From NCBI GenBank assembly GCA_048615135.1, contig JBMCMJ010000001.1:1-35422 (forward strand): a DNA stretch of 35,422 nt, read 5' to 3'. The notes below the pieces were generated by a model that was given only the letters and a program-made list of their open reading frames with translations, ran no database searches and had not been told where the DNA came from. The first letter of the stretch is position 1, and each line of letters opens with the position of its first letter. The stretch comes from Pseudomonadota bacterium. Lineage in GTDB: Bacteria > Pseudomonadota > Alphaproteobacteria > Geminicoccales > Geminicoccaceae. The position numbers were made by a program, and so were the translations under genes. Below, in pieces: positions 7,060-16,534 of the stretch.

Positions 7060-7584
7060 ATGTCCTCGATCCGTCTCACCCGCCGCGGCGCCCTCGGGCT
7101 CGCCTCGGCGATCACCGTGCTCGCCACCGTGCCCGCCTTCGCGGATACCGCCACGCCGCACAACGTCGACGCGGCCGGACTGATGCTGCGCGGCTACGAC
7201 CCGGTCGCCTATTTCACCCTCGGCACGCCGACACCCGGCTCAACCGACATCACCGCCGAGCACGACGGGGCCACCTACCGCTTCGCCTCGAACGAGCACC
7301 GCGAGCTGTTCCTGGCCGACCCTGCCGCCTACGCGCCGGCCTATGGCGGATACTGCGCGCTCGGCGCGGCGATGGGGCGCAAGTTCGACGGCGATCCGGA
7401 GCTCTGGGCGGTGGTCGACGGGCGGCTGTTCGTCAACGTCAACGCCGGCGCCCAGCGGCGCTGGCAGTCCAACCCGGAAGGCTTCGTCACGACGGCCGAC
7501 CACAACTGGCCGCTGATCGAGGGGCTGGGCGACGGCACGCTCGAGACCAGCCCGCCCGCAGGGTTGCGCGTCGGCGCCAACTGA
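7060..7584 (+). CDS. Exported YHS-domain protein (Tat-like signal)
   Basis: Internal start MSSIRLTRRGALGLASAITVLATVPAFA. Pattern GYDPVAYF...ATYRFASNEHRELFLADPAAYAPAYGGYCA is typical of the YHS-domain family. Confidence 0.7.
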   Translation: MSSIRLTRRGALGLASAITVLATVPAFADTATPHNVDAAGLMLRGYDPVAYFTLGTPTPGSTDITAEHDGATYRFASNEHRELFLADPAAYAPAYGGYCALGAAMGRKFDGDPELWAVVDGRLFVNVNAGAQRRWQSNPEGFVTTADHNWPLIEGLGDGTLETSPPAGLRVGAN

Positions 7585-7611
7585 GCGCCCGCCGCGCAAC
7601 CGCCGCACGCT

Positions 7612-7651
7612 CGACGATCCTCGGCCCGGACGACGGGGGCGGGGATCGTCG
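7612..7651. repeat. Inverted repeat / hairpin downstream of the YHS gene
   Basis: CGACGATCC (7612-7620) and GGATCGTCG (7643-7651) are exact reverse complements with a 22-nt spacer. There is no T-tract, so terminator function is uncertain. Confidence 0.3.
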
Positions 7652-7771
7652 GGACGGTGGTGGCGCAGCCGGTCCTCGCCTCGGCGTGCCCGTCGCGCAC
7701 GGATTGGTGACTTGGCCGCGCACACCGGCCGATCGCATGATGGCCCCGGAGGACAGGGGACGAGGCGTGCG

Positions 7772-8305
7772 ATGAGCCAGGTGGTGCAGACGAACACGGA
7801 CGAGGTCGACCGGCTGCTCGCGCGCGTGGCCGCGCTGTTCGACGGTATCGTGCCGAACCTCTATCGCGTGCTGGCGCGCAATCCGGTGACGCTCCGCGCC
7901 TTCGTCGACCTCGAGACGGCGCTCGACACAGCCCCGGTCCTCGGCAACGGCGCGCACGCCCTGATCGCGCTGGAGGTCGCGGTGCGCGCGGGCTGCCGCT
8001 ATTGCGAGGGCGTGTTCGTCAAGGAGGCCGCCGCCGCCGGCATCGCCAAGGCCAGCGTCGATGCGGTGCGCCGTGGTGGACAACCGGCCGTGCCGGCCGA
8101 CGCGGTCGTGGTCGAGGCGACCCGCCGCCTGATCGAGAGCGACGGCCGGCTCGGCCACCTGGAGCGGGCGCGGTTCCGCGAGGCCGGCATCGGCCAGGCG
8201 GAGCTGCTGGAAATGCTCACGGTGATCGCGACCTACAGCCTGGCGACGCGCGCCAACAACCTGGCGCGTACCCGCATCGATCCGGAATACCGCCTCGACC
8301 CTTGA
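7772..8305 (+). CDS. AhpD-like / CMD family protein with CxxC
   Basis: Internal start MSQVVQTN. Motif VRAGCRYCEGV in a CMD-like helical context. Confidence 0.7.
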   Translation: MSQVVQTNTDEVDRLLARVAALFDGIVPNLYRVLARNPVTLRAFVDLETALDTAPVLGNGAHALIALEVAVRAGCRYCEGVFVKEAAAAGIAKASVDAVRRGGQPAVPADAVVVEATRRLIESDGRLGHLERARFREAGIGQAELLEMLTVIATYSLATRANNLARTRIDPEYRLDP

Positions 8306-8317
8306 GCTGCCCGATCC

Positions 8318-8869
8318 TCAGTCGCGGGGAGCGGTGGCTTCGTCGAGCCTGCGGACCAGCGCCGCGTAGCCGTCGCGGGCGAGCATCCGGCCGGCCGCGG
8401 CCGTGGCGTGCGGATCGCTCGGATAGCCCAGGGCTTCGACCCAACGGTTCATGAGGGCGAAAAAGCCCGTGACCAGGGCCGCGTGGTGCAGCGCGGTCTC
8501 GTCCCAGCCGGCGTCGAGCACGGCGCTGCGGTCGGCATCGGTGATCGTGGCTGGTGCCCGCGTCAGCTTGTCGACGAAGGCGAGCACCGGGGCCAGCCGC
8601 GAAGGCGGCTCGGTTTCGCCGGCAAGGCCCGCGAGGGCGGCCTCGTCCAGCCCCAGACCGAGCGCCGCAGCACGATGGGCGTCGCGGCAGAAGTCGCAAC
8701 CATTGGCGATCGAGACGCGGACGGCGATGGCCTCGCGCTCGGCGGCGGTGAAGGGCGACGGTCCGCGCATGACCGCCTCGGCGAAGTCGTGCAGCGGCCG
8801 GGCAATGGCGGGATGCGCCCGAAAGGCATCCATCAGAGAGCGCGTGCGGATCGGCGCGGACGACGTCAT
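8318..8869 (-). CDS. CMD family peroxidase-related protein with CxxC
   Basis: ATG 8869 preceded by AGGAGGA. Motifs ERE.I...VS..NGCDFCRDAH and a C-terminal FFALMNRW pattern are typical of the peroxidase-related CMD subgroup. Confidence 0.8.
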   Translation of the reverse strand: MTSSAPIRTRSLMDAFRAHPAIARPLHDFAEAVMRGPSPFTAAEREAIAVRVSIANGCDFCRDAHRAAALGLGLDEAALAGLAGETEPPSRLAPVLAFVDKLTRAPATITDADRSAVLDAGWDETALHHAALVTGFFALMNRWVEALGYPSDPHATAAAGRMLARDGYAALVRRLDEATAPRD

Positions 8870-8969
8870 CGGCGTTCCTCCTGCAGGTGGCGCAGCGGGC
8901 CCAGGCTAGCCACGCCCCCTTCGCCGACGAACACACACCGCCGCGATCGCCCGACACGTCGCCGTGAGG

Positions 8970-10007
8970 TCAGGATCCGGGGGGGAGGTGCAGGCGAAAC
9001 ACCGTGCCCTCGGGACCGGAGTGGACGAGGACGAGATCGCCGCCGTGATTGCGTGCGAGTTCGTGGGCGATGGCGAGGCCGAGGCCCGTGCCCTTGACCG
9101 GCTTGCTTGCCGGGGCCTCGTCGAACAGATGCGTGCGGACGGCCTCGGGCAGGCCCGGCCCGTCGTCGGCGATGTCGACCGTGACGCCGTCGGCGCCAGC
9201 CGAGCCGGCGATGCGGACCACCTGGGCGCCCGCTTCGCCGGCGTTGCGGGCGAGATTGAGCAGCAGGCGGTAGATCTGGTCGAAGTCGGCGTCGAGCGGG
9301 ACGGGCGCCTCGCTCGCGTCCGTCACCGGCGATCGGCCGTTCGCGTCGACCGGCAGGCTCGCCGCCACCTCGCTCACCACGTCGGCCAACAAGAAGCGTT
9401 CCTTCGTCGGCGGGGGCGGGTCGGCCCGTCCCAGCCGCAGCGTCGCCCGGCACATCTCGACCGCACGCTCGACCGAGCGGACGACGGTGTCGGCACCGCG
9501 ACGCACGGCGGCGTCCGGATGGAGCATAAGCCGGTCGGCGGCGAGCTGGCTGGTCGTGAGGGTGTTGCGCAGGTCGTGCATCAGCCGGCGCAACGATTGG
9601 CCGAGGGCGGCATCGGCGGCGGGGCGCCGATCGCGCACCAGCGTGAGGACGCAGTCGCGTTCGCCGAGCCGCACCTGCGTCGCGCGGATCTCGGCCGGGA
9701 CGTAGGTGCCGGCGCGCGTCCGGCAGGAGAGGTCGTCCGCCGCCCAACGGCCGTGCGCCCGGACATGCGCCAGGAACGCTTCGACCTTCGGGATCTCGTG
9801 CGGATGGATGTCGCTCGGGCCGAGCGCCCTGATGTCGTCGGCGGTGTAACCCAGGAGATCCAGGGCGGCGCGGTTGACGCCGAGGAAGCGGCCGCTCCCC
9901 ACCTCGATGAGGAAGGCCGGATCGTACAGCTGATCGAACAGGCGGACGATGCCCGGCTCGTCGGGTTCGACAGCGAAAAATCCCGGCTCGACCATGACCG
10001 GCGACAT
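8970..10007 (-). CDS. Cytoplasmic PAS-domain sensor histidine kinase
   Basis: PAS-like N-terminus (FLGVNRAALDLLGYTADDI). H-box LMHDLRNTL, N-box LLNLARNAGEA, G1 DDGPGLP, G2 GTGLGLAIA. No response regulator is present in the window. Confidence 0.85.
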   Translation of the reverse strand: MSPVMVEPGFFAVEPDEPGIVRLFDQLYDPAFLIEVGSGRFLGVNRAALDLLGYTADDIRALGPSDIHPHEIPKVEAFLAHVRAHGRWAADDLSCRTRAGTYVPAEIRATQVRLGERDCVLTLVRDRRPAADAALGQSLRRLMHDLRNTLTTSQLAADRLMLHPDAAVRRGADTVVRSVERAVEMCRATLRLGRADPPPPTKERFLLADVVSEVAASLPVDANGRSPVTDASEAPVPLDADFDQIYRLLLNLARNAGEAGAQVVRIAGSAGADGVTVDIADDGPGLPEAVRTHLFDEAPASKPVKGTGLGLAIAHELARNHGGDLVLVHSGPEGTVFRLHLPPGS

Positions 10008-10159
10008 AACACCCCACGCCGTCCTTGGCCAACCGGCCGGTTCGGTTCTCGCGCCCGTTCACGCCCCGGCGAGCTGTAGCTCCCGTTACGAGGCCTCCGA
10101 ACCCGGCCGTGCCACGCTTCGCCGGCATCGTATCGACCACGCAGACGGAGAACCCGAAC

Positions 10160-10381
10160 ATGCCGCACGATCTCGACCACCGGGAGGGTAAGCCCGCACC
10201 GCACGGCCGTCTCGCGGCGCAGCTCTTGGGCCCGATCCGACTGCGCACCTGTGACGGCATCCCGTGGAGCCCCGAGCGCGAGGCCGCGGCGGGCGCCGCG
10301 CAGGCCCGGCTCTGGGAACTGGTCGGGACGGCCGTGCGGGAGCGTCGGCGGCGGACCACCGACGAAGCCGGTACCGGCTAG
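10160..10381 (+). CDS. Hypothetical small protein (73 aa)
   Basis: ATG 10160 lies 9 nt after GGAG (10147-10150). Third-codon positions are very G/C-rich, consistent with coding in this genome. No recognisable family. Confidence 0.3.
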   Translation: MPHDLDHREGKPAPHGRLAAQLLGPIRLRTCDGIPWSPEREAAAGAAQARLWELVGTAVRERRRRTTDEAGTG

Positions 10382-11913
10382 CCGCCGCGCGCTTCGATCC
10401 AGCGCAGGATGAGGAAGTTGTCGGGGCGCTGCCGGACGGTGAAGTGGTCGCGCACGGCCCAGACGAGCGGTTGGACGTGCATCGGCACGTAGGCGATCTC
10501 CGCCTGCATGAGGGCGTGCACTTCGTCGATCATCGCCTGACGTTCGGCTTCGTCCAGTTCGCGCTGGATGCGCGGCAGGAGTTCGTCGATCCGCGCGTTC
10601 GAGAAGCCGCCGAAGTTCCAGCTGCCGAGACCCCGTTCGGGGGCGGGGGTGTGGAGGAGGAAGCGGATCGGGTGTTCGGCGTCGAAGGTGCCGGGCGACC
10701 AGCCGAGCAGGTACATGTCGAAGTCGCCGGCCCTGAGTTCGTCCCAATAGAGGCTGACCGGTACGGCATCGAGCGTCGCTTCGATGCCGATTTGTTGCAG
10801 CATGCCGACCGCCGCCGTGCAGATCGCCTCGTCGTTGATGTAGCGGTCGTTGGGGCAGCGGAGGTTCAGCTCGAACCCGTTGGCGTAGCCCGCCTCGGCC
10901 AGCAGTTCGCGGGCGCGGTCGCGGTCGACCTCCAGGCGGACGTCGTCGGCCGGATCGTAGGCGTTGACGCCGGGGCCGATCAGCAGCCCGGCCGGGCGGG
11001 CCTGGCCGCGCATGATCCGCTCGACGATGGCCTCGGCGTCGAGCGTCCGGTAGATGGCCTCGCGCACCCGGCGATCCGCCAGCGGCCCGTCGCTTCGATG
11101 GTCGAAACCGAAGAAGATGACCCGGCTCTCGACGCCCGACAGTACGTCGATGCCCGCGGTGGCCTGGAGCCGCGGTACGTCCTGTAAGGGCACCGGCTCG
11201 ATCAGGTCGACCGCGCCCGAGAGCAGGGCAGCGACCCGCGTCGAATCGCTGCCGAGCGGGCGAAACACCGCCGTCTCGATGTCGGGCGTTCCGCCCCACC
11301 AGCCGTCGAAGCGGGCGAGTTCGGTGGCGACGTCCGGGGTGCGGTCGACCAGCCGGTAGGCCCCGGTGCCGTTGGCGCGGAAGGTGGCGGCACTCTGAGC
11401 GTCGCGCGAGGGCTCGAGCGCGCCGTTCGCCTCGGCCCAGCCGCGGTCCATGATCAGCCAGTTGGCGATGCCGCTCGCAAAGAGCGGGTCGGGCTGGCGG
11501 GTGATGAACTCGACCGTGAACGGATCGGGCGCGCGGACGTCTTCGACGGTGACGAACCACGAGCGGACATCCGAGCCTTCGCGGCTCGCGCGCTCGTAGG
11601 AGAAGAGCACGTCGTCGGCGTCGAAGGCCGACCCGTCGTGGAAGGTCACGCCCTCGCGCAGCCGAAAGCGCCACCCCTCGGTGCCGATCGGTTCCCAGGA
11701 CGTCGCCAGCGAGGGCTCGAGGGACATGTCCGGGGCGCGACGGACCAACCCTTCGTAGACATTGTTGAGGAAACCTAGCACCGGCGTGGTGGCCGCGGCA
11801 TGCGGATCCATCGTGCTGGGCTCGCCCTGGGTCGACCAGGTGAAGTCGACAGCGTCCGCCGGCGACGCCAGCCCCATGAGGGTGGCGAAAACGCCTCGAC
11901 CGAATGTCCGCAT
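10378..11913 (-). CDS. ABC transporter substrate-binding protein, family 5 (peptide/nickel/opine type)
   Basis: Internal start MRTFGRGVFATLMGLASPADA (signal peptide) preceded by GGGGGGA. The body (STMDPH...NVYEGLVRR...SWE...RFRLREGVTFHDGS.FDADDV) is typical of SBP_bac_5. Confidence 0.85.
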   Translation of the reverse strand: MRTFGRGVFATLMGLASPADAVDFTWSTQGEPSTMDPHAAATTPVLGFLNNVYEGLVRRAPDMSLEPSLATSWEPIGTEGWRFRLREGVTFHDGSAFDADDVLFSYERASREGSDVRSWFVTVEDVRAPDPFTVEFITRQPDPLFASGIANWLIMDRGWAEANGALEPSRDAQSAATFRANGTGAYRLVDRTPDVATELARFDGWWGGTPDIETAVFRPLGSDSTRVAALLSGAVDLIEPVPLQDVPRLQATAGIDVLSGVESRVIFFGFDHRSDGPLADRRVREAIYRTLDAEAIVERIMRGQARPAGLLIGPGVNAYDPADDVRLEVDRDRARELLAEAGYANGFELNLRCPNDRYINDEAICTAAVGMLQQIGIEATLDAVPVSLYWDELRAGDFDMYLLGWSPGTFDAEHPIRFLLHTPAPERGLGSWNFGGFSNARIDELLPRIQRELDEAERQAMIDEVHALMQAEIAYVPMHVQPLVWAVRDHFTVRQRPDNFLILRWIEARGG

Positions 11914-12057
11914 GCAACGTCCCCCCTGGCTTCGTCGATGCGAACGAGGCTCGGCTTCCGGGTGGCCCACGTCAAATCGCGGATGCGTGACCCGCAAGGC
12001 AGCGGCCAGGCCGTCCGGAGCCGAGCGCCGAGATGTCGAGCGGTCGTTTCGGCGGCG

Positions 12058-12234
12058 TCACCCGAGCAGACGGAACGCGGCTGCGACGAGCATCAGCCAG
12101 AGCAGCGTCGAGAGGAAGCCCGCGACAGCCGCCGTCAGCCACGGCGGCCAGCGCGGTTCCGCTCCACGCCCAGGGGAAGCGGCAGGGGCATGGTACGGTG
12201 CGATCGGCGGGATGATCGTCGTGCGTGCGCTCAT
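12058..12234 (-). CDS. Hypothetical small single-pass membrane protein (58 aa)
   Basis: Start MSARTTIIPP preceded by GGAGGAGGAGGA. C-terminal helix WLTAAVAGFLSTLLWLMLVAAAF. No family recognised. Confidence 0.4.
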   Translation of the reverse strand: MSARTTIIPPIAPYHAPAASPGRGAEPRWPPWLTAAVAGFLSTLLWLMLVAAAFRLLG

Positions 12235-12480
12235 CTCGTCCTCCTCCTCCGGGAGATCGCTCTCCGATGGCGACCCACCGCCGACTCTGGCAAGGAACGC
12301 CGGGTTGCGCCGTAGCGAAGGCCGCATCGCGCAGAGCCGTGATCAGTCGTGAGGCGGCGCCCTTGGGAAGATCCGGAAACATTCGGCGCCGCGGAGCCGG
12401 AGTGGGCGGAGGCTCCCGCGCACGGGACCGTGTTCGGGATTGAGTGGCCCGAATGTCCGCTCGAGCATCATCATCGTCGC

Positions 12481-14442
12481 ATGAACGAGGTCGCCACCAT
12501 GCCAGCCCCTTCGGCCGTGACGAACCGCTACCGCCCGATCGCCGACTACGCCGCGATCGGCGACTGTCACGGTGCCGCGTTGATTGCCGGCGATGCGCGG
12601 ATCGACTGGTGCTGTTTTCGCCGGTTCGACGCCGCACCGGTGTTCTGCCGCCTGCTCGACGATGCGCGCGGCGGCTTCTGGTCGATGGCGCCACGCGCAC
12701 CGGTCGAGGCCGAACGCGGCTATCGCCCCGACACCAACATCCACGAGACGGTCTTCACCACCGCGACGGGCCGCGTCCGCGTCGTCGACTTCATGCCGCT
12801 CGGCCGCAAGGACGGTGCGGGCGCGCACGACTACGTCTCGATCCGAACACCGCACTGGCTCGTCCGGCGCGTCGAGGCGCTCGACGGCGAGGTCGAGATG
12901 GCGACCCACTACCGTCCGAGTGCCGGCTTCGAGCGGCTTTCCGTGCCCTTGCGCCGCGAAGGCTCGGCCGTGACCGGCGAGGACGTGCCGGCCCTGTTCG
13001 CCAGCGTCGAGTTGACGGTCCAGGCGGACGGTGCCCACGGACGCTTCCGGCTGCGGGCGGGCGAGAGCGCCCTGTTCGTGCTGGCGGCGACCCACGTCAC
13101 CGGTCAAACGCCCCTCGAGCGCGTGCACGCGCTCGAGGCGGTCACCGAGGCGTTCTGGCGCGAGTGGATCGCCTATTGCCGCTATCGCGGCCCCCACGCG
13201 GCACGGGTGCGCCGGAGTGCCTTGGCGCTGAAGCTCATGACCCATGCCCCGAGCGGCGCGCTGGCCGCCGCCCTCACGACGTCGTTGCCGGAAGCCCTCG
13301 GCGGCGAGCGGAACTGGGACTACCGCTACAGCTGGCTGCGCGATTCGTGCTTCACGCTCTACGCCCTGGCGGTGCTCGGCTATGGCGGCGAGGCGCGCGC
13401 CTATGTCGACTATCTGGGTCGGTGCATGCGGGCGACGCTGCCGCGGCTGCAGATCATGTACGGCCTCGACGGCGAGACCGCGCTCGACGAGCAGGAATGG
13501 CCCGAACTCGACGGCTACGCGTCGAGCCGGCCGGTGCGCACCGGCAACGGCGCCTACGATCAGCGCCAACTCGACGTCTACGGCCAGGTGCTCGACCTCG
13601 CCCTGCTCTACGAACGCCTCGGCGGGCGGCTCGGCCGCCAGGAGCGGCGGCTGCTCGCCACGCTCGCGGAAGAGGTCGCGCGGTCGTGGGAGGAACCCGA
13701 CCAGGGCCTCTGGGAGATGCGCGGCCCGCCCGCCCACCACGTCCACGGCAAGCTGATGGCCTGGGTCGCGGCAGATCGGGCCGCAGTGCTCGGCCTCGGC
13801 GACGCGGCGCGTTGGCGGGCCCTCGCCGACCGGATCCGTGACCAGATTCTGGAGCGGGGCCGCCTCGGCGGCACGCTGGCCCTGCAGCAGGCCTACGAGC
13901 GCGCACAACCCGACGCGGCGACGTTGCTGGCCGTGGCGGTCGGCTTTCCCCTCGACGATGCGACGCTGCGGGCGACCATCGAGGCGGTCGAGCGTGACCT
14001 CGTCACCGACGATCTCGTGCACCGCTATCGGACCGAGGACGGCCTCGACGGCGACGAGGGGGCGTTCGTCGCCTGCAGCTTCTGGCTGGTCGATGCCTAC
14101 CTGGCCGCCGGCCGCGGCGACGACGCCCGGCGGCTGTTCGACCAGCTTTGCGAACGCGCGGGCCCACTCGGCCTGCTCGCCGAGGAGATCGAACCGCATA
14201 CGGGGGCGTTTCTCGGCAACACGCCCCAGGCCTTCAGCCACTTGGCCCTGGCGGGTTCGGCGGTGAACCTGGAACTGCATCGCCGCTTCGGCGTCGCCGG
14301 CGTGCGCGGCACCTATGCCGATCGCGCCGCCCGCGCCGTGGGCCACGTGTTCGGCTGGCGGGCGATCTGGGCGGCGATGCGCGCCTGCGGGCGGGCGGGC
14401 CGGCTGACGAGCTCGCGGGCCTCGGTCCTGCTGTGGCCATGA
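12481..14442 (+). CDS. Glycoside hydrolase family 15 (glucoamylase/trehalase-like) protein
   Basis: PIADYAAIGDCHGAALIAGDARIDWCCFRRFD, GGERNWDYRYSWLRDS and FVACSFWLVDAY are classic GH15 motifs. The start is uncertain (12481 or 12499; the track ORF opens at 12349). Confidence 0.85.
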   Translation: MNEVATMPAPSAVTNRYRPIADYAAIGDCHGAALIAGDARIDWCCFRRFDAAPVFCRLLDDARGGFWSMAPRAPVEAERGYRPDTNIHETVFTTATGRVRVVDFMPLGRKDGAGAHDYVSIRTPHWLVRRVEALDGEVEMATHYRPSAGFERLSVPLRREGSAVTGEDVPALFASVELTVQADGAHGRFRLRAGESALFVLAATHVTGQTPLERVHALEAVTEAFWREWIAYCRYRGPHAARVRRSALALKLMTHAPSGALAAALTTSLPEALGGERNWDYRYSWLRDSCFTLYALAVLGYGGEARAYVDYLGRCMRATLPRLQIMYGLDGETALDEQEWPELDGYASSRPVRTGNGAYDQRQLDVYGQVLDLALLYERLGGRLGRQERRLLATLAEEVARSWEEPDQGLWEMRGPPAHHVHGKLMAWVAADRAAVLGLGDAARWRALADRIRDQILERGRLGGTLALQQAYERAQPDAATLLAVAVGFPLDDATLRATIEAVERDLVTDDLVHRYRTEDGLDGDEGAFVACSFWLVDAYLAAGRGDDARRLFDQLCERAGPLGLLAEEIEPHTGAFLGNTPQAFSHLALAGSAVNLELHRRFGVAGVRGTYADRAARAVGHVFGWRAIWAAMRACGRAGRLTSSRASVLLWP

Positions 14443-15140
14443 CGCAAACCCCGGACGAAGCCGGCGCGCTCGGCCGCATCGACATTCTCGAAGGGCTCGA
14501 GCCGGCCGTGCTGGCCTCGTTGGCTGCGGGCTGTCGCTGGCGCCGACACGCACCGGGCGCCGTGCTGATCGCCCAGGACGAACTGGGTGCCGACGTGTTC
14601 TTCCTGGTCGAGGGAACGGCGCGGGTACTCGACACTGGTCCGGACGGCCGCGAAGTCACCTACAGCGTGGTGGACGCGGGTGCGGTGCTGGGCGAACTCG
14701 CCGCCCTCGATGGCGGCGGCCGTTCCGCCAGCGTCGTCGCCACGACCGTCTGCCGGACGGCCCAGATCCAGGCCAAGGCCTTCCGGGAACTGCTGTTGGC
14801 CCATCCCGAAGTGGCACTCGCTCTTCTGAAGCGGCTCGCCCGCGCCCTGCGCTTCGCCGACCTCCAGATCACCGAGTTGGCGACGATGGGGGCGGTGCAG
14901 CGCATCGCCCGGCATCTGCTCCGCCTGCCGGCGCGAGGCGAGGACACCGCCTTCGTCATCGACCCGTTGCCGACCCAGGAGAGCAACGCCTCGGCGACCG
15001 GCACCACGCGCGAGACCGTCGGACGGATCATGGTGCAGCTGCGCCAAGCCGGCGTGGTCGCCCGCCAGGGACGGTCCCTTCGCGTGCCGCTTCCGGCCAA
15101 GCTGCGCGCGCTGGCGGAGCTGGACGAGCCGGGCGCATAA
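14439..15140 (+). CDS. Crp/Fnr family transcriptional regulator
   Basis: Start MTQTPDEAG overlaps the GH15 stop (ATGA at 14439-14442). Has a cNMP-binding domain (FFLVEGTARV...GELAALDGGGRSASVVA) and a C-terminal HTH (TRETVGRIMVQLRQAG). Confidence 0.85.
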   Translation: MTQTPDEAGALGRIDILEGLEPAVLASLAAGCRWRRHAPGAVLIAQDELGADVFFLVEGTARVLDTGPDGREVTYSVVDAGAVLGELAALDGGGRSASVVATTVCRTAQIQAKAFRELLLAHPEVALALLKRLARALRFADLQITELATMGAVQRIARHLLRLPARGEDTAFVIDPLPTQESNASATGTTRETVGRIMVQLRQAGVVARQGRSLRVPLPAKLRALAELDEPGA

Positions 15141-15164
15141 CCCCGCCGTGACCTCTCGGCCGGC

Positions 15165-16340
15165 CTATCCGACCTCGGCCGGCTCGTTGCGGAGGCCGAA
15201 ACGCGGCCGCAGGCGGACGCCGAGCCAAGCGCCCACGAGGGCCGCCGCCAGCCAGAGCCAGCCGTGCAGGCTGCCGCTCATCGTGCCGCCGAGAAAGGCG
15301 CCGATGTTGCAGCCATAGGCGAGCCTGGCGCCGTAGCCCATCAAGAGCCCGCCAAGCACGGCGGCCAGGGCGTGCCGCCAGGGGACGACCAGCGGGGGGT
15401 CGAAGCGACCGGCGAGGGACGAAGCGATCAACGCGCCGAGGATGACCCCGATATTCGTCACCGAGGTCGTGTTCTGCAGCGGACTGGCGTCGAGCGCCCC
15501 GCGCGCCCAGGCGGCGCTCCAGAACGGCACGCCCGAAAGGTCGCCGCCCAGGGCCTCGAAGAGCTGACCGCCCCAGAGCGCGAAGGCGAAGGTCACACCC
15601 CAGGGCTGGCCGGAGAGCCAGAAGACCGCGACCGCCAGCACGGCGAGCGCGCCCGCGGCCGCGAAGGGCGGCCACGGCCCGCGGAGGATGTCGCCCGTGG
15701 GGCTCGGGGCCGGCACCGGACGACGTTCGAGCCGGATGACGAGCACCGCCACCCCGCCGAGGATCGAGGCTTGCGCGAGCCAACCGCCGAGGATGCCGAA
15801 CTCGACGACGAGGCTGACTGCCGGCAGTTGCGGCAGCGTGCGCCACAGATGCAGGTGGAAGGTCGCCGCCAGCGAGCCGACGACGAACGCGGCGAGGGTC
15901 AGCAGCATCTTCGTGCTGCCGCCGCCGAGCGTGAAGAGCGTGCCGGACCCGCAGCCATTGGCGAGTTGCATGCCGACGCCGAAGAGAAAGGCGCCGACGA
16001 CCAGCTCCAGGGCCAAGGGCGCGACGGCACCACCGGCGGTGAACCCCGGCAACCAGCCGCCGATGAGCGGAAAGAAGGCGAGCGTGCCCAGCGCGACGAT
16101 CGCGAGTTGGATACGCACGCCCCTGCCCTCGCGATTCAGCAGCCACCGGCGCCAATAGGCAGTGAAGCCCAGCGCACCGTGGTAGAGCACCACGCCGAGG
16201 CCGGCGGCGACCAGCATGAGCAGCGCCTGCCGGGGCGCCACCGTCGCCCCGGTGATCGCCAGGAACAGGGCGAGCGCCGCGGTGCCGACGAGCATGGGTA
16301 GCGGTTGGACGGGGCGTCCCGGCTCGATCCTAGCGGCCAT
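15165..16340 (-). CDS. YeeE/YedE family sulfur-compound (thiosulfate-type) transporter
   Basis: Polytopic membrane protein with the two conserved Cys motifs QLANGCGSGTLF and ARLAYGCNIGAF. The start codon is uncertain. Confidence 0.85.
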   Translation of the reverse strand: MAARIEPGRPVQPLPMLVGTAALALFLAITGATVAPRQALLMLVAAGLGVVLYHGALGFTAYWRRWLLNREGRGVRIQLAIVALGTLAFFPLIGGWLPGFTAGGAVAPLALELVVGAFLFGVGMQLANGCGSGTLFTLGGGSTKMLLTLAAFVVGSLAATFHLHLWRTLPQLPAVSLVVEFGILGGWLAQASILGGVAVLVIRLERRPVPAPSPTGDILRGPWPPFAAAGALAVLAVAVFWLSGQPWGVTFAFALWGGQLFEALGGDLSGVPFWSAAWARGALDASPLQNTTSVTNIGVILGALIASSLAGRFDPPLVVPWRHALAAVLGGLLMGYGARLAYGCNIGAFLGGTMSGSLHGWLWLAAALVGAWLGVRLRPRFGLRNEPAEVG

Positions 16341-16534
16341 GGCGCGCTCGGTTCACCATGGAAGCAACGGCGCGGGAGCCGTGCCGACCCGTCGGCGGTC
16401 GAGGGTCGCTTGGCGGATCGTCCCACCGCATGTTGTGATCGACATGAGGGCTGGGAAAGAGGAACAGCCGGACGCCCGCGTTTATCGGGACCGACATGAT
16501 CGACAAACCCTGTCCTTCTGCCGACTGTTTGCCG

